Below, piece after piece: positions 1-8,918 of a DNA stretch of 64,000 bases (position 1 is its first letter; every line of letters starts with the position of its first letter). The position numbers were made by a program, and so were the translations under genes. The notes beneath the pieces are model-generated. The model was not told where the DNA came from, did no database searches, and was given only the letters and a program-made list of their open reading frames with translations. The stretch is from a virus (lineage: Duplodnaviria; Caudoviricetes): positions 2,004 to 66,003 of the IMG/VR virus record IMGVR_UViG_3300046517_000890. The stretch is one strand, 5' to 3'.

Positions 1-1027
1 CCACGGCCTTGCTGTTCCCCAGGAACTCGGCGCGGTCTTGGCCCATCTCCGCGGCGTCGTCTCCGGCAGCAGCGCGTAGGTCGTGGAAGTGCAGGTCTTC
101 TATCTTCAGCGGCACCTCGCATCGCGCGAGTAGGCGGTTCGCCCGGGCGCGCGTGCGCTGCCACATGGACTGGAAGCCTGACACTGTGAGCGGTCCCCCG
201 GTGCGCGAGGCGAAGACGGCCATGCCGCGCCTGGCTTCCGGGCGAGCGATGGCTTCGGAGATGATCTCGCGCAGCTCGGGTGTCCAGAGCCAGAGCTGGC
301 GACGGCCGCGTTTCCCCTGTTTCAGCCTAATTCCTTGGGCGGTAAGCTGCGGTCTGCCTAAAATTCTGACATCGCCCTCCCGCCATCCAGTCAGGCGCTC
401 GTAGCGCATCAGGAGCGCCATGAGGGGCGTCGCCACGGCGAGGAGGACTTCGGCCTCCCACGGCTCTACCTCGCGCTCGCGCGGGGCTTCTGGATTGCGC
501 TCGACCCCGAGGCAGGGGTTGTAGTCGGTCTTGCCCTCCCTGGCGGCGTAGGTGAAGACGGCGGAGAGCACGGCGACGTGCCGGTTGGCCTGGACGTTGC
601 CGACCTCGCGCACGAAGCGCTGCACATCCACCTTACCGATCGCCCGGCCAGCCATCGCCTCCGCGGCGGTCTTGCCGTAGCGCGCGGCGCCGAAGCGAGC
701 GCGCAGCACCGTGAGGCTTCTGCGGTATTCGGAGATCGTCTTGGGCTTCCGGCCGCGCTCAAGATCGTAGGTCTCGAAGAGGTGGAGCAGCTCGGCTACT
801 GTGCCGTCGGTTGCTGGAACATCGTCGCGGTAGCCGGAGAGCTGCGCCCAGAGCTTGCGCGCACTGGCGTCCATGACCGGCCCGAGCGCCACAGACATCG
901 GCAGTCCCTTCGCGCGGCGCTCGTCGCGCTCGCGCTTCGAGGTCGGCTGCCAGAAGTAGCGCGCGCCGATCCGGCGCACGCCAGGTGGCAGGGTGAGATT
1001 GGTCTCGCGGCGACGGCCCACGCGCAT
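1..1027 (-). CDS. int: Tyrosine recombinase/integrase (3' end runs off window; absent from ORF track)
   Basis: Manual translation from ATG 1027: MRVGRRRETNLTLPPGVRRIGARYFW...LTGWREGDV...DLHFHDLRAAA...FLGNSKAV; catalytic R and HxxR motifs, N-terminal arm-binding-like region. Confidence 0.92.
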   Translation of the reverse strand, partial: MRVGRRRETNLTLPPGVRRIGARYFWQPTSKRERDERRAKGLPMSVALGPVMDASARKLWAQLSGYRDDVPATDGTVAELLHLFETYDLERGRKPKTISEYRRSLTVLRARFGAARYGKTAAEAMAGRAIGKVDVQRFVREVGNVQANRHVAVLSAVFTYAAREGKTDYNPCLGVERNPEAPREREVEPWEAEVLLAVATPLMALLMRYERLTGWREGDVRILGRPQLTAQGIRLKQGKRGRRQLWLWTPELREIISEAIARPEARRGMAVFASRTGGPLTVSGFQSMWQRTRARANRLLARCEVPLKIEDLHFHDLRAAAGDDAAEMGQDRAEFLGNSKAV

Positions 1028-1030
1028 AGG

Positions 1031-1222
1031 TTAACTTCGCTCCAGCTCAACGGCAAGCGCTTTCACCTTCGTCACGGCCTCGATCGCGCGATCGAAGCGA
1101 TCCTTCCCCACCTCGATCGTGGTCCAGCGGTGGTGACATAGACAGCACTCGCGCCTGCGGCTGTCGCCGTCCTTGCGGAGCACGCGCGTCTCTGCGTGCT
1201 TGCAGATGGGGCAGCTCGTCAC
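1031..1222 (-). CDS. Small zinc-ribbon protein (NrdR N-terminal/Ogr-like), possible excisionase or regulator
   Basis: CPICKH...RRRECCLCHHRWTTIE; GTGA overlap with upstream stop. Confidence 0.7.
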   Translation of the reverse strand: MTSCPICKHAETRVLRKDGDSRRRECCLCHHRWTTIEVGKDRFDRAIEAVTKVKALAVELERS

Positions 1223-1593
1223 GTCGCCCTCTTGTAGAACACGTGATGTCCCCAGACGCCGATGCGAATCATGTACGGCGCCCACCAGACCTTGAGCCCC
1301 TCAACGTGGTACTCGGTCGCGCCGTGGGTGAAGTCCTCGCTCGTGTTCAGCGCGGTGCGCGCGATCACGATCGCGTCCTGCCAGGCCTTCCCGCTCGGGA
1401 GCGCCTGCCTCAGCCTGCGATCTTCGGTCCACGTGAACTGCCGGTCCCGGAAGACCTCCCAGCAAACCGTGGTCTTGTTGGCGCGAGCCCGGTTGCGCGT
1501 GACGAGCGCCACGGCCATGCGGCCTTCCCACGGCTCCGAGCGGGCCTCGTGGTAGACGTTCAGCGCTGCGCAGAGGACGGCCTCGGCGATCAT
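1219..1593 (-). CDS. SleB-like cell wall hydrolase (Hydrolase_2)
   Basis: ALNVYHEARSEP..GRMAVALVTRNR, QFTW, GATEYH, IGVWGHHVFY motifs. Confidence 0.85.
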   Translation of the reverse strand: MIAEAVLCAALNVYHEARSEPWEGRMAVALVTRNRARANKTTVCWEVFRDRQFTWTEDRRLRQALPSGKAWQDAIVIARTALNTSEDFTHGATEYHVEGLKVWWAPYMIRIGVWGHHVFYKRAT

Positions 1594-1730
1594 CAGCGTA
1601 GCTGCGTGAAGCAGTAGAGGAAGGAGAAGTGCGCGCGACACTCCAGCCAGTTGCTGATCGCCATGTAGATCAGGGCCGCCACGACGGCGGTAACGATGAC
1701 GAACATCAGCAGGCCATTCAGCGGCTTCAT
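1593..1730 (-). CDS. Small membrane protein
   Basis: MKPLNGLLMFVIVTAVVAALIYMAISNW..., coupled start/stop overlaps on both sides. Confidence 0.55.
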   Translation of the reverse strand: MKPLNGLLMFVIVTAVVAALIYMAISNWLECRAHFSFLYCFTQLR

Positions 1731-2245
1731 GCCGCCTCCTTGAAGTGGGTCACCGAGAGCGGCTGCGGCTTCAGGCTTGCAGAGAGGTACAGGGGATGCC
1801 GCGGCGAACCGTTGCCGGAGAGCTGGAGGTAGTGCGGCGTGAGGTTGAGGGAGAAGAGCATGCGTAGCACGTCCTCGTCGCGCGCCTTGTACGTGCCGTG
1901 TACTCCCCAGGCGCAGACCACGATCGCTGAGTCCTCACAGGCCTCGATGATGTGGCGGTCGTTATCCGGGCCGCCGATCGGGTTGTCCGCCTTCTTCAGC
2001 TCTGCCGGGTCTGTGGCCCGATAGGCGAAGAGGTTCACGACGACGATGCCGCCGTAGTGCCAGGCGTGCGCGTAGCCCTTGCAGCGCCTGATCGTGGCGT
2101 CGTCAGTGATCTCGTCGGCCGTGCTCGGGTTGAGCATGATGAACACCGCCGGCCTCACGCTTCTGTCCCAGATGCGGGAGAGTCGGTAGCGGTAGACGCG
2201 GTCGGGCGAGAAGACCGCGCTCGACATGGTGAAGAGGTCGGTCAT
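1727..2245 (-). CDS. DUF1643 family protein
   Basis: YRYRLSRIWD, FIMLNPSTAD..DDATIRRC, VNLFAYRATDP, CAWG, PRHPLY. Confidence 0.88.
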   Translation of the reverse strand: MTDLFTMSSAVFSPDRVYRYRLSRIWDRSVRPAVFIMLNPSTADEITDDATIRRCKGYAHAWHYGGIVVVNLFAYRATDPAELKKADNPIGGPDNDRHIIEACEDSAIVVCAWGVHGTYKARDEDVLRMLFSLNLTPHYLQLSGNGSPRHPLYLSASLKPQPLSVTHFKEAA

Positions 2246-2481
2246 CACGCTGCCTGCCTCTCTTGCCCGAAGTTGTAGATGTACTCCGCCACGCGCTTGC
2301 CGCTGTCGAGCGTGACCATCTTCGTGATGATCGGGTGTGAACCGTGCTGCGGTTGCTTCAGCTCCCAGATGCGTGCGCCAAGGCGGAAGCATCCGTACAT
2401 GTCGAGGGCCTCTACCGGCGTGAGCGTCTTGCACGCCAGGAGGTGGGCGAGGATGTTCTCGCGTTGCGCTCTCTCGTTCAT
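2245..2481 (-). CDS. Phage helix-turn-helix protein
   Basis: ILAHLL..LTPVEALDMYGCFRLGARIWELK..RVAEY pattern. Confidence 0.8.
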   Translation of the reverse strand: MNERAQRENILAHLLACKTLTPVEALDMYGCFRLGARIWELKQPQHGSHPIITKMVTLDSGKRVAEYIYNFGQERQAA

Positions 2482-2663
2482 GGGATGATCCTCGGGGCTC
2501 TCTTCACGAAGAAGCGCTCGCGCCGGTAAAGCATCTCCTCCAGAAGTTTCAGGAAGGTCCGCTCTACGTCGTTGGCCGGATCGTCGCGCGGCAGATCAGA
2601 GTGCTCGTACTGAACGTCCACCCTGAAGATCACGCCGTCGCGCCGTACTATCTGGATTGCCAT
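2478..2663 (-). CDS. Hypothetical protein
   Basis: ORF with GGAGG RBS, overlaps next start. Confidence 0.6.
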   Translation of the reverse strand: MAIQIVRRDGVIFRVDVQYEHSDLPRDDPANDVERTFLKLLEEMLYRRERFFVKRAPRIIP

Positions 2664-2672
2664 TGCTGCCTC

Positions 2673-3761
2673 CTACATCTTGTACGTCGTTGAGCCCATC
2701 ATTCGCGAGCCCTGCTTCACGAGCAGGGGCACTCCGCCCTTGAGCGGGAAGCCGTCTCCCCAGTAGAACTCCACCTCGCCGGAGCACTGACTGGCGACGG
2801 CGATCATGTGGTCGAGGTTCATGTGGAACGAAAGCTCCGCTGCGTTGCCGATCCCGAACTTGCATGGCAGCGACTGCTCGGCGCAGTCGGTAGCGCTCTC
2901 CACCTTGACGGTCAGCCCTGACGGGTCGATGCGTAGCTGTACCGGGGGCACCGCACCACTCTTGAACGGAGCCACTGCTTCGAGCGCGGCGAGGAACTCC
3001 TCGCTGTTCACCGTGAAGCCGCCGACGCGATCCTGGCGCGTGATACCGGACAGGTCTGGGTACTGCGCGGAGAGCAGCTTGATCTTCGCCGTGCGCGCCT
3101 TCGAGTAGAGGCAGAGCACGCCCGGATAGAGCTTGAAGGTCTCGTACTCGTCCAGCGCGATCTGCATTGCTGCCATCGGCACGATGATGTCGAACGGCGC
3201 GATGTCACCAACGGTAGCCGCTGAGTGCGCGAAGAGGCTCGTGCCGTTGCTGCCAACGACCTCCATGCAGTGATTGCGGACCTGCACGTGCAGGCCTCCT
3301 GCCCAAGGACGAGCCAGGAAGTGCTTCGTCGCCGCGAACTGGCAGAAGTCCAGCTCCGTGTACATCGTGGCGTAGGAGCCTTCGGCGAGGCACTGAGACC
3401 AGTTGCTCGCTTCGATGTACGGCATGCGATCGCCCGGGAGGGTGGGCAGGCGCCAGCGGCCCTTGCCGCTCTTGGCGTTGAGCGCGAGGCCGTCCTTGCC
3501 GAGGCTGAAGTCGATCTCGTCGCCAGCGTTGGCGACGATCCCCAGCAAGCGCTGGGCTGGGACGCACAGGTCCATCACCGGCAATTCGGTGGCCTCGACT
3601 ATGCACTCGATCTCCACCGCGGTGTCGTTGGCCTTCAGGAGAAGCGCGCCACCGCCCATTGCCTCCATGCGCACGAACTCGGTGACCGGGAGGCTCGTCT
3701 TCTTCGCGACCAGCTTGATCGCGTCGAGCGCGTCGCGCAGCGCTTCGGTGGATACGGTCAT
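2673..3761 (-). CDS. dnaN: DNA polymerase III beta sliding clamp homolog
   Basis: About 362 aa; LLLKANDTAVEI, CVPAQRLLGIV, GRWRLPTLPGDRMP, KLLSAQYPD match DnaN pattern; start at MTVSTEAL. Confidence 0.8.
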   Translation of the reverse strand: MTVSTEALRDALDAIKLVAKKTSLPVTEFVRMEAMGGGALLLKANDTAVEIECIVEATELPVMDLCVPAQRLLGIVANAGDEIDFSLGKDGLALNAKSGKGRWRLPTLPGDRMPYIEASNWSQCLAEGSYATMYTELDFCQFAATKHFLARPWAGGLHVQVRNHCMEVVGSNGTSLFAHSAATVGDIAPFDIIVPMAAMQIALDEYETFKLYPGVLCLYSKARTAKIKLLSAQYPDLSGITRQDRVGGFTVNSEEFLAALEAVAPFKSGAVPPVQLRIDPSGLTVKVESATDCAEQSLPCKFGIGNAAELSFHMNLDHMIAVASQCSGEVEFYWGDGFPLKGGVPLLVKQGSRMMGSTTYKM

Positions 3762-3955
3762 TTGCGCTTGTCGTTCGTCTTGAGGATCGTCGCCCAGACG
3801 CCCGGATCGGGAATGCGCGCCGTGACTTCGGTGTCGTTCTCCGGCTTGATCTCTCCGCTGCTCCATTCGAGGATGTCCTTCATCCTCAACTTGGGGTTCT
3901 TGAACACGACCTTCGCGTTGGCGAGGATCGCGCGTTCCAGGGTTGCCATGCTCAT
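3758..3955 (-). CDS. Hypothetical protein
   Basis: Coupled ORF, native codon usage. Confidence 0.6.
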   Translation of the reverse strand: MSMATLERAILANAKVVFKNPKLRMKDILEWSSGEIKPENDTEVTARIPDPGVWATILKTNDKRK

Positions 3956-4224
3956 CAGCCAATCTCCATGTGAAAGAATTCCAGGGCGCGCGCCTCGGCC
4001 ATCTTTCTCGCGCGGGCGAGATCGTCGGCTCGATGCTGAGCTGCCTGACTCACTCGTTCCATGTACAAAGCATCCTTGCTGTTGAGCTTGAAGATGCGCT
4101 CAGAGTTGACTGTCCCGTTCAACACTTCCACGAGCTTTTGAGTAGTGGCGGAGCCGTCGTCCCGCAGGGCCACTGCGTAGAAGACGACCTCGTGCCGCTT
4201 GAAGATCGCGCCGCGAACGCTCAC
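3955..4224 (-). CDS. Hypothetical protein
   Basis: GTG start overlapping upstream stop. Confidence 0.55.
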   Translation of the reverse strand: MSVRGAIFKRHEVVFYAVALRDDGSATTQKLVEVLNGTVNSERIFKLNSKDALYMERVSQAAQHRADDLARARKMAEARALEFFHMEIG

Positions 4225-4451
4225 GTCTGTGCCCGCTCCGGCGGCTTCAGCTTGGTGAGATGCCACCCGCCGCACTCGGTGCATGGGTACTTGTAGAGCG
4301 TCGCGGTCTCATGCGGCTGGCGGGTACGCAGCGCGCCCCCAGCTTCGTGCTCGTTGATGTACCGCGTCTTCTTCCCGCAGCCGAGCGCATTGCCCGTCCG
4401 AGGGAAGAGGCGGTCGCGAGCGACGCGAAGCTGGGAGCGGAGCGTAGACAT
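4221..4451 (-). CDS. Small Zn-binding phage protein
   Basis: CGKKTRY...YKYPCTECGGWHLT. Confidence 0.65.
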   Translation of the reverse strand: MSTLRSQLRVARDRLFPRTGNALGCGKKTRYINEHEAGGALRTRQPHETATLYKYPCTECGGWHLTKLKPPERAQT

Positions 4452-4759
4452 CAGACCCTTACCATGCGATGGCATTCTTTATGGTGTTCGTCACACAGCC
4501 ACGTGACCACCAGCGGCGCTCCGTAGTCGGCGTGATGCGCCTCGACCTTCTCGACATTGCACGTATGCACGGCACAGCACGGCCAGGGCTCGATCTTCCC
4601 GCGCAGGATCGCCTTGCTGACAGCGTTGTGCGCCGCGACTTTCTGGCGGTTCCGCTCTCTGTAGGCTTGTACTGCACGCGCATGATTTTCCTTGCCCGCT
4701 GGTGTTTGTTGGCGCCGTCGATTCTCTTCGAGATGCCTCTGGTAATCTGCGTATGGCAT
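4451..4759 (-). CDS. HNH-like zinc-finger protein
   Basis: AHNAVSKAILRGKI..C..C....EAHHADY..PLVVTWLCDEHH. Confidence 0.7.
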   Translation of the reverse strand: MPYADYQRHLEENRRRQQTPAGKENHARAVQAYRERNRQKVAAHNAVSKAILRGKIEPWPCCAVHTCNVEKVEAHHADYGAPLVVTWLCDEHHKECHRMVRV

Positions 4760-4763
4760 CCAC

Positions 4764-5216
4764 TTAAAAAGGAATCTCGTCGTCCATGTCGTCGAACTTC
4801 CCGGCGCCACCGCTCTTGCCGGCAGGCTTCGAGTCCTTCGACGCCGCGGGCCGCTCGCGCTCTTCGCCGTCGCTCTTCGGCCTGACACCGAGCATCTTCA
4901 TCTCGGCCCCGACGATCTCGGTGGTGTAGCGCTCCTTGCCTTCCTTGTCCTGCCACTTGCGGGTCTGAATCTTCCCGCGCACAAGGATTTGCGAGCCCTT
5001 CTTGAGATACTCGCCAGCGATCTCGGCGAGCTTCCCGTAGAAGACGACGCGATGCCACTCGGTCTTCTCCTTCTTCTCGCCGCTCTCCTTGTCCTTCCAG
5101 GAATCGGTGGTGGCGACGGAGATGGTGGTGACGGCTGCGCCTTCTGGGTTGTAGCGGGTCTCCGGGTCGCGCCCGAGGTTGCCCACGATGATTGCGAGGT
5201 TCAGCGATGCGGACAT
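4764..5216 (-). CDS. ssb: Single-stranded DNA-binding protein
   Basis: [25 protein letters not shown], acidic DDEIPF tail. Confidence 0.97.
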   Translation of the reverse strand: MSASLNLAIIVGNLGRDPETRYNPEGAAVTTISVATTDSWKDKESGEKKEKTEWHRVVFYGKLAEIAGEYLKKGSQILVRGKIQTRKWQDKEGKERYTTEIVGAEMKMLGVRPKSDGEERERPAASKDSKPAGKSGGAGKFDDMDDEIPF

Positions 5217-5231
5217 ACTTGCTCCTTTCAG

Positions 5232-5963
5232 TTAGGCATTAACGCCGAGGAGTTGAGAGAGCGCGTCCTCGACTTCGTTGAGAAAAATTCCGACGAGCTG
5301 CTCCAGCACCTGGATGTAGGCGTCGTTGCGTTCCACGCGCTGGACGTACAAACGCAGGTGCTCCGGGAAGCGCGAGTCGTAGCTGATGAAGTCGCACCAC
5401 TTCCGGCCGGTGACCCACAGGCCGCCCTGTATCTGCGGCAGGTGTTCCTCCGGTACTAGCGAGTGGTCGCCCGTGTCCACGCCAGCGCCCAGCACCTTCG
5501 CGAGCGCTTCGTTGCGCAACAGGATCGTGCGCAGGTGCGTCTCAGGGTTGGGGCACTTGATCTCGATCGTGCCGTCTTCCCCGACGAGGCCGTCCACGGA
5601 CACGCCGCACCATTCGAGGGTCGGATGCGGGACGAAGTCCGACTCCTCGACGAGGACTCCCTTCATCTCCTCGTAGGCCAGCCGCGCCGTCGGCTCTAGC
5701 TCGATCCCGCGCTCCATCGGCCGCGTGCTGAAGCTCGCCGACGGGATGCCTGTGAGGCGCTCGACCACGCACTGGAGGCGGTAGTCGGCGCGCGCCTTCA
5801 GCTCGAAGGTGCGAGCATCGGCATGAGTCACGAGCCTGGCGCCCTTCTTGAATGCCATCGCGCTCTTGAACTCGCTGCCGGTGCAGTAGCCGGCGCGCTC
5901 CTGTTTCCAGGTGCGGGAGCGCTGCGCTCCAGCGCTGGTGAAGCGTTCGAGGGTCGCTTCCAT
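5232..5963 (-). CDS. YqaJ/lambda-exonuclease family recombination nuclease
   Basis: W..ERAG..TGS, MERGIELEP.AR, SVDGLV, IEIKCP, QIQGGLWVTGRKWCDF. Confidence 0.9.
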   Translation of the reverse strand: MEATLERFTSAGAQRSRTWKQERAGYCTGSEFKSAMAFKKGARLVTHADARTFELKARADYRLQCVVERLTGIPSASFSTRPMERGIELEPTARLAYEEMKGVLVEESDFVPHPTLEWCGVSVDGLVGEDGTIEIKCPNPETHLRTILLRNEALAKVLGAGVDTGDHSLVPEEHLPQIQGGLWVTGRKWCDFISYDSRFPEHLRLYVQRVERNDAYIQVLEQLVGIFLNEVEDALSQLLGVNA

Positions 5964-6631
5964 CAGGCCGCCTTCCGCTCTTGCGGCACCTTGCCAGCGC
6001 TGGCCTTCTTGATCGCTGTCGCCTTGGCGGTAAGATGCGCACGTAGGGAGGTCGCAGCCTGCGCGTCCTTGGCCTCCCTGCAAGCCTTGAGGCACAGCTC
6101 CCACAGCGGGTTGACCAGGTCCACGTCCTTCAGCTCGTCGATCTTCTTGCGCCACTCCGCGATCTGCGCGGCCGGCATGATTCCGCTCTCGGTATCGAGC
6201 CTCGCCTCGTCGTCCTCGCCGGTCTCGATCTGGAGCACCTTGAGGAGCGCGTACTTGACCGCGTAGGAGATCGCCTTTCCCGGGGCCTTGTCGCCGTGGT
6301 CCTCGGCGTGCGCCGGCAGGCGCACTTCCACCAGGTCCGCCGGGTTGTCCATGTTCACGAACCTCACGATGAACTCCGCCTCGAAGCGGATCACCGGGAT
6401 GCTTTTCGAGCCCATTGTCTTGCCGGTGTCGATGACGCGCGGTTGCCCGTCGAGGAACGGCACGATGATGATGCCGGCCTTCGCGAAGTCGTCGCGCGTC
6501 TCGCGAGTGACGGCGTCGTGCGTGACGGCCATGTACTCGCCGGCACCTCCGACCTTCTTATCCTTCTTGATGTAGGCGCAACTCTGCCGCACCTTGTCGA
6601 TGCGCTGGTAGATGTTCAGCATTTCGCTCAT
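5963..6631 (-). CDS. ERF family ssDNA annealing protein
   Basis: DKAPGKAISYAVKYALLKVLQIETGEDDE signature. Confidence 0.88.
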   Translation of the reverse strand: MSEMLNIYQRIDKVRQSCAYIKKDKKVGGAGEYMAVTHDAVTRETRDDFAKAGIIIVPFLDGQPRVIDTGKTMGSKSIPVIRFEAEFIVRFVNMDNPADLVEVRLPAHAEDHGDKAPGKAISYAVKYALLKVLQIETGEDDEARLDTESGIMPAAQIAEWRKKIDELKDVDLVNPLWELCLKACREAKDAQAATSLRAHLTAKATAIKKASAGKVPQERKAA

Positions 6632-6918
6632 GCGTCATTCTCCGTAGTGTGAAGATCGCCACTAGCGGCGATCCTTTGCTGCAATCTTGCGCACTCATCA
6701 TCCCGTCTGTCGCACAGCCGCTCCGTCACTTGTGCGATGCGAGAACTGGCTCGCAGCCTGTCGATGCGAGTGCGCTGCCCGGCCGAGCGCCTGGCGAACT
6801 CGATGAGCGCCCGCACCGGGGCCGACAGCTCCTCGGCGCGCATCTCGATGAGGTGGTGCAACCTGGCTCGGGCTCGCTCGATCATGGCTTCCAGTGGAAA
6901 GAGGTCGTCCTGTTTCAT
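6628..6918 (-). CDS. Hypothetical protein
   Basis: Coupled ORF starting MKQDDLFPL. Confidence 0.55.
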   Translation of the reverse strand: MKQDDLFPLEAMIERARARLHHLIEMRAEELSAPVRALIEFARRSAGQRTRIDRLRASSRIAQVTERLCDRRDDECARLQQRIAASGDLHTTENDA

Positions 6919-7103
6919 GTACCCACAGCAACGGGGCAGCGGCAGTACTTCCACGATCCATCCTTGTCCTCGACGACGTAGCAGTGGCACCGCTGCATCC
7001 GCTCCGCCTTCATCAGCTCAGTCGTCACTTCATCCTGGAATGCGCGGTCGCTCAGCCAGAGCGTGATGAGGCCGATGAGAATCAGGTAGAGGGCAGTCTT
7101 CAT
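6915..7103 (-). CDS. Small membrane-anchored Cys-rich protein
   Basis: N-terminal hydrophobic helix, CHC...CRC. Confidence 0.6.
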   Translation of the reverse strand: MKTALYLILIGLITLWLSDRAFQDEVTTELMKAERMQRCHCYVVEDKDGSWKYCRCPVAVGT

Positions 7104-7600
7104 TTGAGGAACACCTTCAACTGGAGGCCGAAGACCGTAGACCGTCGCGCGGGCTCGCTATGCGTGACGAACCTTGGCGGCTTTGGGCCGACGAAGAAGT
7201 TGGCGCCCCAGCCGTCGTGCTCCCAAGTGGCCGTAGGGATGAGCGCCGGCACGACTCGCGTGCCCGTGTCGTAACCGCTCACGAGTCCGGCCGCGCCACC
7301 AAAGTGGAAGTCGCCAGCTTGGAACGGCGTCCAGGAAGGGCCGACGTAACCGCTGTATCGGTAGATGCTGTTCTTGTAGAAGCCACCGATGATCGACAGG
7401 CGATCCACGCTGGTCGGCAGCTCGACCCCGAGCCCGAAGTTGCGCTCGTTATAGTCGGCCGTGCGGTCGGTGTGGTACGAGGTTACGGTGCCGACAAGCC
7501 ACGTTCCGGCGTGTGCAGGCTTGCAGAACGCGAGCCCGAACAGTGAGTAGACAACGATGACCGTCCACCAAAAGACTCGCTGAGCGACATGCACTTTCAT
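7100..7600 (-). CDS. PagP-like outer membrane beta-barrel protein
   Basis: Signal peptide ending AHA; SYH...YNERNFGLG, FYKNS, GLVSGY, alternating beta-strands. Confidence 0.65.
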   Translation of the reverse strand: MKVHVAQRVFWWTVIVVYSLFGLAFCKPAHAGTWLVGTVTSYHTDRTADYNERNFGLGVELPTSVDRLSIIGGFYKNSIYRYSGYVGPSWTPFQAGDFHFGGAAGLVSGYDTGTRVVPALIPTATWEHDGWGANFFVGPKPPRFVTHSEPARRSTVFGLQLKVFLK

Positions 7601-7682
7601 GCTGGCCTCCCATTCGATCGTCCGGCCCGGAGGGCGGACGTTTCGCTGACTGGCATTGGCGACTCCTGATCGCAGTGTCGCC

Positions 7683-7723
7683 TTTATACCATCACGTAAC
7701 GTGCTTTGTCAACACATGTCGTG
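7683..7723 (-). promoter_or_regulatory. Leftward early promoter with two operators
   Basis: Minus strand TTGACA(7712-7707)-18-TATAAA; CACGTAACGTG 7693-7703 and CACATGTCGTG 7713-7723. Confidence 0.75.
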
Positions 7724-7768
7724 TTCTAACCGGGCAAGCGATTGCCGGGAAGTGCTACGCGGTGTTAC

Positions 7769-8224
7769 TTATTTGGCGCGACGCCGCTGGTTGGCTGGCG
7801 TGGGTACCGGGTCTAGCGAATGAAGCCGAGGGCCGGTGCTGCGCTCCAGAGCGACGTTGGCGACAGCCGCCGACTCGATCTTTGAGAGCTGCTCTCTCTG
7901 CTCGTCGGGCTTGAGAAGATCGAAAGCGCGCAGCAGCCGGCGGTGGCCCTCGGTCTCGACATGATACGGCGCCGCCGATTGCTGCGCATGCGGCACGAGA
8001 TCGGTGAGGTCCAGCTCGATGAGCTTGCCGATCTTACGCAAGTCCTCGAACGTGGGCTCGCGCTCGCCGCGCTCGTACATGGAGATGCGGCTCTGTCCCG
8101 CCCAGCCGCAGCGTTCGCTCAGCTCGCGCTGGCTCAGCTTAGCGGCCTTGCGGCCGGCTTCGATGCGTTTCCCGATCTCGGACTTGAGCAGCATCCCAAT
8201 AGGATGCCACCGCTGCCTGGTCAT
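7769..8224 (-). CDS. CI-like XRE HTH repressor (no S24 peptidase domain)
   Basis: IGKRIEAGRKAAKLSQRELSERCGWAGQSRISMYERGEREP; start 8224 or 8194. Confidence 0.88.
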   Translation of the reverse strand: MTRQRWHPIGMLLKSEIGKRIEAGRKAAKLSQRELSERCGWAGQSRISMYERGEREPTFEDLRKIGKLIELDLTDLVPHAQQSAAPYHVETEGHRRLLRAFDLLKPDEQREQLSKIESAAVANVALERSTGPRLHSLDPVPTPANQRRRAK

Positions 8225-8230
8225 CGGTTG

Positions 8231-8270
8231 CACGATTCGCGTTGACAAGTCATCACGGAACGTGTTCAAT
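8231..8270 (+). promoter_or_regulatory. Rightward early promoter with operators
   Basis: TTGACA 8242-8247, 17 bp, TTCAAT; CACGGAACGTG 8254-8264 in spacer; CACGATTCGCG 8231-8241. Confidence 0.72.
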
Positions 8271-8422
8271 ACCGCACCTATGTTCCGGTGCGACGAAGCT
8301 CTCTCGAATGGATTTAGCTCTCGGTCCATCTGCACATCTCCCAAAACGCACAGCGACTCAACCGGTGCCAGGATTGTAACACGAAACGGCATGACGTTGG
8401 CATACATATTCGTGAAGGCTTT

Positions 8423-8665
8423 GTGACAAAACTAGAGCGGTCGCACCGCGACCTCTACGCTGCCGTGCTTCAGCAGGCACTCGACGATCTTCAAATGCGC
8501 GGCAACTGCAACGAAGGCAAGTCGGCCCTGAGACTCTTCCGCGAGGCGCGCGAGTGGATATGCGGCGACGGAGCGATGTTCAAGCTCTGCTGCGTGATGA
8601 TCGATCTCGAACCAGAGCGAGTGCGCAACGCGATGCTCGCGACGGTAGGGAGGACTCCAGCGTAA
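8423..8665 (+). CDS. Conserved-type phage hypothetical protein
   Basis: LYAAVLQQALDDL...AREWI...F..CC..IDLEPERVR. Confidence 0.7.
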   Translation: MTKLERSHRDLYAAVLQQALDDLQMRGNCNEGKSALRLFREAREWICGDGAMFKLCCVMIDLEPERVRNAMLATVGRTPA

Positions 8666-8837
8666 TCCACCGACTCGTTTGAACCGGCGCCGGAAGTGCG
8701 ATCAGGTAGGCGCCATCGCTGCGAGCACGGCGACCTGGGGGCACCGGATAAGTGGTGTCGCGCCGCAACGCGGGGGAGTGCTCAGGGGTAAGCCAAAGGG
8801 GCTCAGGTCTCGGGCAAGCCAACTCTCTCCATCCCAC

Positions 8838-8871
8838 GGGGGGTAGGGGGGGGCGTGGGGGATCGCCGGGG
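8838..8871 (+). other. Intergenic G-tract cluster (G6-TA-G8-CGT-G5-N6-G4), possible origin element
   Basis: Directly visible; followed by AT-rich 8886-8920. Confidence 0.5.
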
Positions 8872-8918
8872 TCTAGGTCCGGGCAATTTGAAAACGATTA
8901 GGAATCTCTCTTTGAAAT

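Noticed and set aside
1-60. att site or prophage boundary
   Set aside because: Integrase and dNMP kinase both run off the window; no host flank or terminal repeat visible
8280-8426. Cro gene opposite the repressor
   Set aside because: 48-codon ORF has no HTH pattern or RBS; not called
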